Source of the DNA: a virus
Lineage: Duplodnaviria; Caudoviricetes
Length of the DNA stretch: 52,394 nt
Reading direction: 5' to 3' (one strand)
IMG/VR virus record: IMGVR_UViG_3300042291_001547
Location: 1-52,394 of that record
The position numbers were made by a program, and so were the translations under genes. Positions 16,361-26,444 of the stretch are shown here, in pieces. The notes under the pieces were generated by a model that made no database searches, was not told the DNA's origin, and saw only the letters and a list, made by a program, of their open reading frames with translations. Within the stretch, counting starts at the first letter, position 1. Each line of letters starts with the position of its first letter.

Positions 16361-18195
16361 CAAACAGTTATTACAACGGCGGCACGGTTCCTGCGCCCAA
16401 CGCCCCTGGCGCGTCTGTTGCTATCCGAAACGAATTCAGCCTTATCACCCAGGCGTTCAATAAGCTGCCTCCGTTAAGCGGCGGTGGAATCGCTGGGCAA
16501 GTATTGATCATTAACCCGGCAGGTACCGGGGTGATTACGACAGGCACGATAACCACGGTCAACATCAGTGGGGTGCAGATTAACAACACGACAATCGGTG
16601 CGACGACGCCCAACTCCGGCGCGTTTACGACGCTGTCGTCTACGCTGGGATACACCGGTAACGTAGTGGGCAACATTACGTCAGTAGGGGCGTCGTCTTT
16701 TTCGTCGGCCACTATCACCGGCGGTACCATCAACGGGGTGCCCATTGGCGCAACCACGGCGTCGACGCTTAGAGGCACCAACGTTACCGCTACGGTGGGG
16801 TTCTCGGGTCCTTTGACAGGCAATGTTACCGGTAACGTTACCGGAGATCTGCTTGGTAATGTCACCGGTAACGTTACCGGAGACTTAACCGGTAATGTCA
16901 CCGGTAATGTCACCGCGGCCAGTGGGACGTCAACGTTTACCAACGTCACTATTAACGGCACGCTGGATATGAACAGCGGCACGGCCGGCACTATAACCGG
17001 GCTTGCCACACCGGTTAACAACAGCGACGCCGCGAATAAACTGTACGTCGATAACTCCGTCCAGGGGCTAGACGCCAAAGCGTCTTGCCGGGCTGCAACG
17101 ACCGCGAATATTACGTTGAGTGGAACGCAAACGATAGACGCCGTGGCGGTAACGGCCGGCCAGAGAGTGTTGGTCAAAGACCAGAGCACGGCGTCTCAGA
17201 ACGGCATTTACTTGGCTGACGCTGGCCCCTGGACCAGGGCGCCTGACGCGGACACCTGGGACGAACTGGTGCATGCGTTTACCTTTATTGAGGGTGGCAC
17301 GGCCAACGGCAATAACGGTTTTGTGTGCACCGTGGCGCCAGGCGGCACGCTGGGTTCTACCGCGGTAACGTGGGTGCAGTTCAGCGGCGCCGGGCAGATC
17401 ACTGCTGGCACGGGTATGTCGAAGACCGGCAACACGCTAAACGTAAACACTGCGTCCGCGTCCAGGATTGTAGTGAACGCCGACGACATCGATTTGGCGG
17501 CAACAGCAATTACGCCTGGCACGTATAAGTCCTTGACGATCGATGCGTACGGCCGTGCTACCGGAGGCACTAACCCTACCACCCTGGCCGGGTTTGGTAT
17601 TACCGACGCGTACACGATCACGCAGATCGACAACTTGTTCGGCAGCACAACCGCAGCGGCTGCTTCTGCGGCAGCGGCAGCGGCTTCTGCAGTAGCGGCT
17701 TTAGCCAGCGAAGGCGCAGCAGCTGGCAGCGCCAGTGCGGCGGCAGGCAGCGCCAGTGCGGCGCTGACGAGCGCGAACAACGCTGCGGCAAGCTATGACG
17801 CGTTTGATGACAGATACCTTGGCGAAAAAGCAAGCGACCCCTCCGTAGACAACGACGGCAATCCGCTGATCACGGGGGCGTTGTATTTCAACAACGTCTC
17901 AAACGCGATGAAGGTTTACAACGGCGTATCCTGGCAAAACGTTGCCCCGGTAGCTACAAGCATAAATGTGGGCACCCAGGTTACTGGCATCCTAAATGTC
18001 GTCAACGGCGGCACAGGCGCGTCTACGCTTACAGCCAACAACGTGATCTTAGGTAACGGCGCTTCGGCGGTTAACTTTGTTGCGCCGGGTACTATAGGCA
18101 ACATCCTGACGTCTGACGGCACAACGTGGGCTTCGGCACCGCCGTCCGCATCAGGGGTCTCTACCGCTAAAGCATATTTCTTTTCTGGGTTTTGA
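16357..18195 (+). CDS. Tail fibre protein
   Basis: GNVT repeats, DAANKLYVD, ATTANITLSG.QTID...RVLVKDQ..ASQNGIY, DAFDDRYLG.K..DP.VDNDGN.L..GALYFN. Confidence 0.8.
   Translation: MTNSYYNGGTVPAPNAPGASVAIRNEFSLITQAFNKLPPLSGGGIAGQVLIINPAGTGVITTGTITTVNISGVQINNTTIGATTPNSGAFTTLSSTLGYTGNVVGNITSVGASSFSSATITGGTINGVPIGATTASTLRGTNVTATVGFSGPLTGNVTGNVTGDLLGNVTGNVTGDLTGNVTGNVTAASGTSTFTNVTINGTLDMNSGTAGTITGLATPVNNSDAANKLYVDNSVQGLDAKASCRAATTANITLSGTQTIDAVAVTAGQRVLVKDQSTASQNGIYLADAGPWTRAPDADTWDELVHAFTFIEGGTANGNNGFVCTVAPGGTLGSTAVTWVQFSGAGQITAGTGMSKTGNTLNVNTASASRIVVNADDIDLAATAITPGTYKSLTIDAYGRATGGTNPTTLAGFGITDAYTITQIDNLFGSTTAAAASAAAAAASAVAALASEGAAAGSASAAAGSASAALTSANNAAASYDAFDDRYLGEKASDPSVDNDGNPLITGALYFNNVSNAMKVYNGVSWQNVAPVATSINVGTQVTGILNVVNGGTGASTLTANNVILGNGASAVNFVAPGTIGNILTSDGTTWASAPPSASGVSTAKAYFFSGF
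16812..16914 (+). repeat. 12-bp tandem repeats encoding G-N/D-V/L-T
   Basis: ggtaacgttacc / ggtaatgtcacc units, about 8 copies. Confidence 0.85.
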
Positions 18196-18205
18196 GGATT
18201 AACAA

Positions 18206-18520
18206 ATGCCATCTGGAACATTAGGTCAGGCTTCACTAGCCGCAGATACAAACACTACTGTTTACACGGTTCCTGCGTCAAAAGTAGGGTCTGTTTCAGT
18301 TACAATATCCAACACGAACCCATTTACGCCAGCGGTAATTCGGCTTGCGGTTGCGGCGGCATCTACGCCATCTGCGGCTGAGTACCTTGAGTTCGACACC
18401 GTTCTGCCTGCTGGGTCAGAGTTTGAGAAAACAGGGGTGGTGCTGTCTGCCAATAAGAACCTTGTGGCGTACTCAACGACAGGCAACGTATCTGTGAATG
18501 TCTACGGTTTTGAGGAATAA
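18206..18520 (+). CDS. Small tail-associated protein
   Basis: TTVYTVPA...YLEFDT.L...VSVNVYGFEE; GAGG RBS. Confidence 0.7.
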   Translation: MPSGTLGQASLAADTNTTVYTVPASKVGSVSVTISNTNPFTPAVIRLAVAAASTPSAAEYLEFDTVLPAGSEFEKTGVVLSANKNLVAYSTTGNVSVNVYGFEE

Positions 18521-18523
18521 AAA

Positions 18524-20194
18524 ATGACTACTACGATTACACAAAATTCCAATCAATCGGTTATCCCTGTAACGGTGACAAACAATGTGACCAAAGGGGA
18601 CTATGTATATCAGTACGGGGCTAATATTGGCTGGCCTAAGCCAACAAACGTGGGTGCTGGGCCTACTACTTTTTTGCTAAACCCAACGCTGCAGTCATCA
18701 AATGTTGCCACAGCCAATGCTAAGTCTATAACTACAAGCCCAATGGCTGAGGTGTATACATACACGGGTTCAACTCTGGCTCAGAACGCAGTAACCACAG
18801 CAACAACACAAGTAGACGCAAGCGCAACCCAGGTGTCAAAAAGCTTTGGTTTGGTCAGCGGTAATTTTGTAAGCCTGTTTATGTCCGCAACAAACACTCT
18901 AAGCGCAAAGGTGTTTAATGAGGCTGGAGTGCAGCAGGGATCGACACTAACTTTAGCAACCGACTGCACTGCATCAGGAACAGGCCGAACGGCAGCAAAT
19001 AGGTTTTCAGGCTGTGGGATGGCAGACGGCGGCTACGTTGTTGTGTATAAAAATACGTCCACCTTTGTTGGCATCGTAAGAGTTAACTCTAGCGGCGCGA
19101 TTACGTTTGGCCCAGTGGTTATTAGTCCATCTCACCAAGTAAACGCGGAGATACCCAAAGTATGCCCTACTATCGCTGGGGGATATTTAATAACTTTTAT
19201 GAATGGCAATAGTACCGTAGGAACTGCAATGTATTCAGCCAGCAACGTGTACAACACTGGGTCACCATCTACATTTAACCTTAGTAGCTATAGCCCAAGC
19301 TACGGTATGGGGCAGGTAAACGAGGCTTTTCAAGTACCGTTAATTTTGCAAAACGGTGCTATTTTAATTTTATTTAACGCCAGTGGGTGGGAAAGCGGCT
19401 ACAGCTATACCTATAACCTGTTTATGTCTTTTGTCCTTAACGGCACTGCTACATCAGTGGTTAACTCCGCTGCAACGGCTAGTGTGCAAACTGGAAATGG
19501 AGCACTTGATCCTTTCCTTGCGGCTTGCGGATCAGTAACAGACCCGTCTAGGTGGTTTGCTTTTGGCTCGTTTGATTGGGCTTCGCAGCCTTACTTTTAT
19601 TCTGGGACTACAACAGGAGTAACCGCTAGTATCTCTTCTAGTGCTAATTTGCTCGGACAATTTGGCCAAGTTCAACGACAAACAGGGATTGCGCCAACTG
19701 TTGATGGGAACGTAAATGTATATGCGTGGAACGTCTCAAATCAAATGCAAGTCGGTAGATACAATACGGGAGGGGCAGCAGTCTCCGGCGGGTATGTGGT
19801 TTTAACTACCGTTGGTACAAGTTCTACGTATTCCTTAGACGTCTTTAATATTGGGTGGAAAACTTTAGTCAACTTCACCCCAAATACAACTAGCATACCG
19901 TCTTTCTTGATTCACCAGACTCAGAATCTGGCTAACGGAATCTCATTTGCAAGTACGCCTTATACCCCAGCGCAGAATTATTACCTGATCGGTGTGGCGC
20001 AAAACACGGCGACTTCTGGGAACACGTGCTGGGTGCAGACAGAAGGGGTTGCACAGCTTGGCGCAGGCTTTGCGTCAGGTAACCTGCTGTTTGATTATGT
20101 CGGAAGCCCGACTAACTCAACAGCTAAGAGCGCGATTAAAGGTAACTCAGGCACTACATCAGGAACCTCTGTAATTCTAAAAGGGCTTAAATAA
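18524..20194 (+). CDS. Putative receptor-binding/tail protein
   Basis: Ser/Thr/Gly-rich beta protein in the tail module with visibly lower GC. Confidence 0.6.
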   Translation: MTTTITQNSNQSVIPVTVTNNVTKGDYVYQYGANIGWPKPTNVGAGPTTFLLNPTLQSSNVATANAKSITTSPMAEVYTYTGSTLAQNAVTTATTQVDASATQVSKSFGLVSGNFVSLFMSATNTLSAKVFNEAGVQQGSTLTLATDCTASGTGRTAANRFSGCGMADGGYVVVYKNTSTFVGIVRVNSSGAITFGPVVISPSHQVNAEIPKVCPTIAGGYLITFMNGNSTVGTAMYSASNVYNTGSPSTFNLSSYSPSYGMGQVNEAFQVPLILQNGAILILFNASGWESGYSYTYNLFMSFVLNGTATSVVNSAATASVQTGNGALDPFLAACGSVTDPSRWFAFGSFDWASQPYFYSGTTTGVTASISSSANLLGQFGQVQRQTGIAPTVDGNVNVYAWNVSNQMQVGRYNTGGAAVSGGYVVLTTVGTSSTYSLDVFNIGWKTLVNFTPNTTSIPSFLIHQTQNLANGISFASTPYTPAQNYYLIGVAQNTATSGNTCWVQTEGVAQLGAGFASGNLLFDYVGSPTNSTAKSAIKGNSGTTSGTSVILKGLK

Positions 20195-20955
20195 TGTCTA
20201 TAAGCAATCCTATCACTGGAACATTTGGTACGGGTAACGTCAGATTCTTTGCAGGGTTACCCAGAGTCGCTGGTGCTTCGGTTTCAAACTTTGTAGTGCC
20301 AAGCGGAATTTCGTCTGTGCGAGTCAGGCTCTGGGGGGCGGGTAATCAGAATGGAACCTCCAGCGGTTTTGCTATCAAAACAATTTATGGGTTGACCGAG
20401 GGTCAGACAATAGTTGTTACCGCTGCTAATGCGCCTTCTGGGTCAACGGTAAGGTCAGACTCATCGTTTGGTTCGTTTGTTTCCGTTACCGGCGGCGAGG
20501 CATTTGCTACAGGTCTTAGAGGGACTGGGGTTGGCGGGGACATAAATTATCTCGGTGGTTTGCCTTTTGCTTCTGGTCAAGCAGCCGCAGGAACGGCTAA
20601 CGTATTTGGCAACGCATCTGATGGCGCTAACGTAAGTAATGGCGTAGCTGGCGTATCTGGAGCTGGGTCTGTTCAAGGCACAGATTCCAACCCATCTCAG
20701 GGCGGGGACGGTATATACGGGCGAGGCGGGTTTACTTATTTTGCCAGCAGTTTTGGTGCAAGTTTTACACTGCCAACATCAGGGCTTGATTCGACAGTGC
20801 TAAACCTTGACGCAATAGGCACTGGCGGCGGCGGCGCAAATAGACAGAATGGCATAAACGGCGGCGGTGGTGGCAATAACGGCATGGGCGGGTTCCCTGG
20901 CGGCGGCGGTGCAGGCACTACTGCTGGCTCTGGTCTTGTAATAGTGGAGTGGTAA
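20194..20955 (+). CDS. Glycine-rich tail fibre tip/adhesin-like protein
   Basis: FVVPSGISSVRVRLWGAG...GGGG...GSGLVIVEW. Confidence 0.7.
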   Translation: MSISNPITGTFGTGNVRFFAGLPRVAGASVSNFVVPSGISSVRVRLWGAGNQNGTSSGFAIKTIYGLTEGQTIVVTAANAPSGSTVRSDSSFGSFVSVTGGEAFATGLRGTGVGGDINYLGGLPFASGQAAAGTANVFGNASDGANVSNGVAGVSGAGSVQGTDSNPSQGGDGIYGRGGFTYFASSFGASFTLPTSGLDSTVLNLDAIGTGGGGANRQNGINGGGGGNNGMGGFPGGGGAGTTAGSGLVIVEW

Positions 20956-20957
20956 AC

Positions 20958-21176
20958 ATGAGATACGCAAAAGCGGTAAATAACATTATTGTTGGTATTT
21001 ATGATTCACCAGCCGGATTTACAATTTACGATTGTTTCCACCCATCGTTGGCCTGTGAGTATTTTGAAGCTGACGAATCTATCCAGCTTGATTATGTCTT
21101 GCAGGAAGATGGCACTTGGGCTGCGCCTCCTGTCGTAGAAGAAACGCCTGTCGTAGAAGAAACGCAACCAGAGTGA
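20958..21176 (+). CDS. Small acidic protein, possible fibre chaperone
   Basis: MRYA.....IV...CFHPSL...DGTWAAPP directly after the Gly-rich gene; contains an 18-bp duplication. Confidence 0.6.
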   Translation: MRYAKAVNNIIVGIYDSPAGFTIYDCFHPSLACEYFEADESIQLDYVLQEDGTWAAPPVVEETPVVEETQPE

Positions 21177-21184
21177 GGTAGATC

Positions 21185-21427
21185 ATGCCTGAATCAACCA
21201 TCATTGACGCATTGATCGCAGCAGCCGGCGCCGTGGTTGCGTGGTTTGTGAAGTCCACGCGCGAGGACAACCGAGAGCAAGATCGCAAGATTGAAACTCT
21301 ACAGCGGGAACAAGCTGCTTTGTTGAGCCGAGAAGAATTCAGGCAGGACATGCACATGCTGCGCCAAGAGATGAATGCCAATTTCGACAAGGTCTTTTCC
21401 AAGCTGGATAAGAAGGCTGATAAGTAA
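21185..21427 (+). CDS. Small membrane-anchored coiled-coil protein (lysis module)
   Basis: N-terminal hydrophobic segment, then LSREEFRQDM...KLDKKADK. Confidence 0.65.
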   Translation: MPESTIIDALIAAAGAVVAWFVKSTREDNREQDRKIETLQREQAALLSREEFRQDMHMLRQEMNANFDKVFSKLDKKADK

Positions 21428-21903
21428 TGATTGATCCTGTCTCCGCGTTAGCCATAGCAACATCTGCCTACAAAGTCCTGAAAAAGGGCATTGAGATGGG
21501 CCGTGAGCTGGAGGATATGGGCGGTCAGCTTGGCACATGGTTCAAAGCCGTCAGCGATGTTAAGAACGCTGAGGAGGAGGCCAAAGACCCGCCGCTTTTT
21601 AAGAAACTAATCTTCAGCGGGAGTGTCGAGCAAGAGGCGATGCAAGCCCTGCTTGCTCGCAAGAAGATTGAGCAACAGGAAAAAGAGCTGCGCGAGTTAA
21701 TTGTCTGGCGGTGGGGTGTCGAAGAATACACCGCCATGATGCGCGACCGCGCAAAGATTAAAGATACGCGGGAGAGAGCGGTACTGAACCAGCGGCGCAA
21801 GATGCGCAAGCTCATCCAGAACACGCTGACGATCGGCGCCATACTGGGTTTGGTGGGCGCAATAGTGGCATTTGGGGTTGGCATAATTTTAAACTTGGGG
21901 TAA
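21427..21903 (+). CDS. Hypothetical protein with C-terminal TM helix
   Basis: MIDPVSALA...GSVEQEAM; hydrophobic C-terminus. Confidence 0.7.
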   Translation: MIDPVSALAIATSAYKVLKKGIEMGRELEDMGGQLGTWFKAVSDVKNAEEEAKDPPLFKKLIFSGSVEQEAMQALLARKKIEQQEKELRELIVWRWGVEEYTAMMRDRAKIKDTRERAVLNQRRKMRKLIQNTLTIGAILGLVGAIVAFGVGIILNLG

Positions 21904-21909
21904 CACATC

Positions 21910-22395
21910 ATGATGACATTAGTATCTACGCTTCTGGGCTTTGCCTCGGGCGGCCTGCCGAAAGTGCTGGACTTTGTTCAAGACCGCGGCGACAAGAAGC
22001 ATGAGCTGGCTCTGATGGCCGCACAGCGTGAACGTGAGCTTGCCCTTGCCAAAGAGGGATTCATCGCGCAAGCCCGCGTAGAAGAGATCAAGACCGAACA
22101 GATCGCGATGCAGACCCAGACTCAAGAGCGTCTCGGTATGTACAAGCACGATATGAAGATCGGTGAAGGCGCCAGCACCTGGGTGATTAACCTTCGTGCC
22201 AGCGTGCGGCCGGTGGTCACCTACTTGTTTGTTGGCCTGCTTATCGTCGTTGACGTAGCTGGAATCTGGTACGCGTACAGCACCGGCGTCGCGTTTGCCG
22301 AAGCGATGGACATGGTCTTCAGTGACGACGAAATGTCGATCCTTGCGGCCATCATTGCATTTTGGTTCGGCAGCCAGGCGTTCGCTAAAAAATGA
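21910..22395 (+). CDS. Putative holin
   Basis: LRASVRPVVTY, TM segments, IIAFWFGS; overlaps the endolysin start. Confidence 0.65.
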   Translation: MMTLVSTLLGFASGGLPKVLDFVQDRGDKKHELALMAAQRERELALAKEGFIAQARVEEIKTEQIAMQTQTQERLGMYKHDMKIGEGASTWVINLRASVRPVVTYLFVGLLIVVDVAGIWYAYSTGVAFAEAMDMVFSDDEMSILAAIIAFWFGSQAFAKK

Positions 22396-22877
22396 CAATA
22401 TCCGAAGCGGGTATCCAGCTAATCAAATCTTTCGAGGGCTGTCACAACAGCCCCTATAAGTGCCCTGCTGCGCTGTGGACAATTGGGTATGGCCGTGTTC
22501 TGTACCCAGACCAAGCGCGGCTGAAGAACAACGAGAGAGCCGGCTACCCACTACGCGCAGAGCACAACCGGGTGTTTGCTAATGATGAGATTGATGCGTT
22601 ACTTGAGGCGGATCTACAACGCTTTTCGGACGGGGTACTACGACTATGTCCTGCTACTGCTAATAATCAGTGCCACCTGGACGCAATTACGAGCCTTGCT
22701 TTCAATATTGGATTAGGTAACTTACAGTCAAGTACCCTAAGAATGAAGTACAATCGCGAGGATTACGAGGGCGCAGCCGACGAATTCCTCAAGTGGCGCA
22801 AAGCAAACGGTGTTGTGCTAAGAGGACTGGAGCGGCGCAGAGAAGCCGAGCGAGCACTGTTCTTAGCCGGCGGGTAA
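22392..22877 (+). CDS. Endolysin, GH24 lysozyme
   Basis: LIKSFEG...YKCPA..WTIGYG, AFNIGLGN..SSTL, GLERRREAERALF. Confidence 0.93.
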   Translation: MTISEAGIQLIKSFEGCHNSPYKCPAALWTIGYGRVLYPDQARLKNNERAGYPLRAEHNRVFANDEIDALLEADLQRFSDGVLRLCPATANNQCHLDAITSLAFNIGLGNLQSSTLRMKYNREDYEGAADEFLKWRKANGVVLRGLERRREAERALFLAGG

Positions 22878-22905
22878 CCTTAAACAAAATACGAGTGAAC
22901 ACATT

Positions 22906-24897
22906 ATGGCCGCACAAAACCCGTACCAATTAACAAGCGCCGAGCAACAAGAGATTCGTTCCTGGGCGACTAACCGCGGGCTAGATCCGACCGCGCAGTT
23001 GAACGAGGCCAACCAGCTCTTTATCGGCAATCGACTGGCGTCGGCCAATCAGCTGCGCGATCTTGTTGAATCGCAGATGGCTAAGGACCCGACTGGAAAA
23101 GCGGGCATCTCCGACATGTACGGGGCGGCTAACGCAGTCTCAAGTTACTCCCCTACGCTGGTGGACACGTCTAAGATCAAAGCCGCTACGACCACTAATC
23201 GCACGCCCACTACGCTTGATACATCTACGATGAAAGCTGCGGATGTCTCGGGCTACGACCCCACCACAATTGACACCAGCAAGATTGGTAAAGCCCAGGT
23301 CAAGGATTACACGCCTACTACGGTTAACCCTGCGGACATCGCTACTGCGGCGACTGTAAAAGCAGGGGTCCAAGGTTACGACGCGACCGGGTACACGTCT
23401 AAGAGCTACACGCCGGAGACGTACACCGCCGAAGGGTATGACCCGACAAGCCGAGAATACAAGACTTACGACGCCAAGCAAGCTGACCAGACAATGTTAA
23501 ATGTAACACCTGACCAGCTGGTAGAAGACCGCATTCAGGGTCTGCTCAAGAAAGGCTCTCCGCTGCTTACGCTGCAGGAAACAAAAGCCCGGCAAGGTAT
23601 GGCTGGCCGTGGACTGCTCAGCTCCAGCATGGCGGAGGGCGAGGCACTGCGGGCGGTAACAGAGAGCGCGCGAGACATCGCTACGTCAGACGCGGCCACG
23701 GTAGCTAGGGCTGCGCAGATTAACACCGAACAGGCTAACACCCTGGCGCAGTTTAACGCCCTGCAAATAAATGCGGCTGAGTCTTTTAATGCGAACGCCG
23801 CTAACCAGGCTTTGTCGGACAATCAGCGGGTCATCAACAGTGCAGCTGAATTCCTGGCTAACTCCAGGAATGCGGCCGCCGCGAATAATGCTACCTCCAG
23901 AAACAACGCGTACGCGTTTGCAGCGCAGGCGGCTAACGAGGCAAGCGCTGCTTTGGCCTTGGCGACAAACAACGCCAACGCGTTTAAGGCGCAAGCGGCC
24001 AACGCGGCCAGTGCTGCGGAAGCCCAGGCTATTAACGCTGCTGCGGCCGACGCGACAAATGCAGCTAACCGTGCCAGAGAGCTTAACGCTGCGGCGCAGA
24101 CTGAAGCAGCCAGAACCAAAACAATTGCGCTTAACGCCGCTGAGGCTGATTTGGTCTCGGCGACTAATCGTGCAGCAGAGCTTAACGCCGCCGCCAAAAC
24201 CGACGCGGATAGGGTTAAAGCTGACGCTCTCAACGCCGCTGCGCGGGAGGCTACATCCGCGCTTAACCGGGCTAACGAGGTTAACGTTCTGGCGCAAAAC
24301 GATGCCAGTGCGGCCAACATTGACGCTAAGAACAGAGCTGAAGCCGACGCATTACTCGCGGTCAACCGTGCCAATGAGCTTAACGCTGCTGCGCAAACAG
24401 CTGCAGCTCAAAGCAAGACAGAGGCAGAAAACAAAGCAGCAGATACGGCGCGCTTAATCGCGGCCGACAAAGAAGTTGCTGCGTTAAACACCAAAGCCCA
24501 GCAGCTCTCTACGGCCACTACGCAATCGGTAGCCGTCATAGAGAGCATGGCCGACAACATCACTAAACTGAAAACGTCTGGCGACTTTGACACGACTACC
24601 GCTGAGGGTCGAGCAGCTTTAGACGCTGCGGTTAAAGAACAAAAGGACAACGCGAAGACCACATTAACGTTGCTGGAAAAGCTGACCAGCGTTCCAGGTT
24701 TGTCTGATCTCGTAAAGTTTGATACGCCGGCGGCTAACAACACTGCTGCTGCTAACAACACTGCTGCTGCTAACAACACTGCTGCTCAGGCTGCTGCTCA
24801 GGCTGCTGCTCAGGCTGCTGCTGCTGCGGGGGACTATGACGCCGCGGGCGTAGACGCTACCGACAGCGGGCTGATTAGAGCGGGTATGCGCCCCTGA
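22906..24897 (+). CDS. Internal virion / DNA ejection protein (Ala-rich)
   Basis: RGLLSSSMA motif, repeated NRA.ELNAAA helices, position after the tail genes. Confidence 0.65.
   Translation: MAAQNPYQLTSAEQQEIRSWATNRGLDPTAQLNEANQLFIGNRLASANQLRDLVESQMAKDPTGKAGISDMYGAANAVSSYSPTLVDTSKIKAATTTNRTPTTLDTSTMKAADVSGYDPTTIDTSKIGKAQVKDYTPTTVNPADIATAATVKAGVQGYDATGYTSKSYTPETYTAEGYDPTSREYKTYDAKQADQTMLNVTPDQLVEDRIQGLLKKGSPLLTLQETKARQGMAGRGLLSSSMAEGEALRAVTESARDIATSDAATVARAAQINTEQANTLAQFNALQINAAESFNANAANQALSDNQRVINSAAEFLANSRNAAAANNATSRNNAYAFAAQAANEASAALALATNNANAFKAQAANAASAAEAQAINAAAADATNAANRARELNAAAQTEAARTKTIALNAAEADLVSATNRAAELNAAAKTDADRVKADALNAAAREATSALNRANEVNVLAQNDASAANIDAKNRAEADALLAVNRANELNAAAQTAAAQSKTEAENKAADTARLIAADKEVAALNTKAQQLSTATTQSVAVIESMADNITKLKTSGDFDTTTAEGRAALDAAVKEQKDNAKTTLTLLEKLTSVPGLSDLVKFDTPAANNTAAANNTAAANNTAAQAAAQAAAQAAAAAGDYDAAGVDATDSGLIRAGMRP
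24733..24826 (+). repeat. Coding tandem repeats (18-bp x3, 12-bp x3)
   Basis: gctaacaacactgctgct x3 followed by caggctgctgct x3. Confidence 0.85.
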
Positions 24898-25259
24898 TGA
24901 AACTAACCAGGAAGCAGCTTCTAGCCCCGTTGGATTTGCCGTATGGTTCTCTGGACGAGTGGGACGCGGTGCCACTGTTAATCGATAACAAGCACGCCGG
25001 TACGTTGATCGTGCGAGGGATGGAGGTTCACTTTGCTTTTACAAAGAAACCTACTATCTGTGTTCGACGAGCTGGGCGGGAGATGCTGGCACCGGTGCTT
25101 GATAAGTTCGGCATGCTAACCACCAAGGTGCCAAAAGACATGACCGATTCAAAGAAGTTTGTGCAAAGGGTGGGGTTTAAACCTACCTGGCAAGACGAGG
25201 ATTTTGACTACTACCTGCTCACCACGTTACCGTGGGAGCGCAAAACAAAGGAGGCTTAA
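24897..25259 (+). CDS. GNAT-like virion assembly protein (P22 gp14/T7 gp13-like position)
   Basis: EVHFA...LTTKVP....SKKFVQRVGFK among the ejection genes. Confidence 0.6.
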   Translation: MKLTRKQLLAPLDLPYGSLDEWDAVPLLIDNKHAGTLIVRGMEVHFAFTKKPTICVRRAGREMLAPVLDKFGMLTTKVPKDMTDSKKFVQRVGFKPTWQDEDFDYYLLTTLPWERKTKEA

Positions 25260-25260
25260 C

Positions 25261-26028
25261 ATGCCACCCATAGTCGCTGCTGCTGCGGCAGCATTTACCA
25301 CCGTACAAGGCGCCGTTGCCGCCGCTGGAATTATGAAAAGCATGGCTGTGGCGGGCACCGCTATGTCCGCTTTGGGCGCGGTAACCAAGAATGAAAAGCT
25401 GATGAAGATCGGTGCGGTGGTAGGCACGGTCGGCTCCTTGGGCACCATGGGCGCATTCGGCCAGGGCGCCAAAACGCTTGGCATGAACAGTAGCGCAAGA
25501 GCTGCAGCCAACGCTGCTGCTGCCGCTCCGGCCGCTACGCAGACTCTATCCAGACAAGCGCTGAAACCTGGCGCTGGCGTTCTGGACCCGGCCTTTGGCG
25601 GAGGAGCGGTTCAGCAGCCCGGGCTGTTAAGCCAGACCATGCAGGGGCTGTCAACGGTTAACCTACCGCCGGCAGGTCCACCCCCCACTATGCTGCAAAA
25701 GTTCGGCGGAGCGCTTAGCTCTGGCGCGCAGATGGTCAAGGATAACCCCGAGGTGGCCATAGTGTTAGCCCAGGGCGGCGCCGAGCTGGCTAACTACCTC
25801 AGCGGTAAGACAGACGCGCAGATCCGCGAGCTGGAGTCTAGCATCAACGCCAACGACGCCAACGCGCAGAGAACGTTGTTTACCATCGCGGAAGAAAAAC
25901 GCCGACGAGCTAATATCCAGGGCGCGTATCTGCCGGCACAAGTAACCCCGGCTCAGCCAGCACCGATGCAGAGTAATCCTTACCAGCCAGCCGGGCTAAT
26001 AGCCGGTGCGATGCCAAGAGGTGTTTGA
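25261..26028 (+). CDS. Internal virion / ejection protein
   Basis: GGAGG RBS; hydrophobic Gly/Ala N-terminus. Confidence 0.6.
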   Translation: MPPIVAAAAAAFTTVQGAVAAAGIMKSMAVAGTAMSALGAVTKNEKLMKIGAVVGTVGSLGTMGAFGQGAKTLGMNSSARAAANAAAAAPAATQTLSRQALKPGAGVLDPAFGGGAVQQPGLLSQTMQGLSTVNLPPAGPPPTMLQKFGGALSSGAQMVKDNPEVAIVLAQGGAELANYLSGKTDAQIRELESSINANDANAQRTLFTIAEEKRRRANIQGAYLPAQVTPAQPAPMQSNPYQPAGLIAGAMPRGV

Positions 26029-26444
26029 TGAATATCGACGAAATCCAAAGCAAAATACAACTTCCGCCTGAGCTTCAGGACGCATACACTCGCGTTGTAG
26101 CCGCCGGGATGAAAGTGCTTTTTTCTAAGCAAACGCACGATTTGATGCTGGAACAACTGAACGCTCCCGGCGATAATGCTACCAAGCTTGGTCAAGGTAT
26201 CGCCCGGGTGATTGTGTTCCTTTTCAATGAGTCGAACGGCACTATGCCACAAGACGTCATTGTGCCAGCGGCCATGTTGCTGCTGATGAAAGCGGCGGAC
26301 TTTATCAATAAGTCAGGCAAGGGGCAGGTCTCCGACGAAGAGATAGGGCAGGCCATGGAGATTTTGATCGATTCACTGTTTGAAGGTTTCGGTGCTGACC
26401 GGTCTGAATTAGACGCGGCCATGAGCCAGGAGATGCAAGCATGA
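26028..26444 (+). CDS. Hypothetical helical protein
   Basis: Coupled ORF with GAGG RBS. Confidence 0.7.
   Translation: MNIDEIQSKIQLPPELQDAYTRVVAAGMKVLFSKQTHDLMLEQLNAPGDNATKLGQGIARVIVFLFNESNGTMPQDVIVPAAMLLLMKAADFINKSGKGQVSDEEIGQAMEILIDSLFEGFGADRSELDAAMSQEMQA

Noticed and set aside
16357-20955. Diversity-generating retroelement or invertible tail-fibre switch
   Set aside because: No reverse transcriptase, invertase or template/variable repeat pair seen
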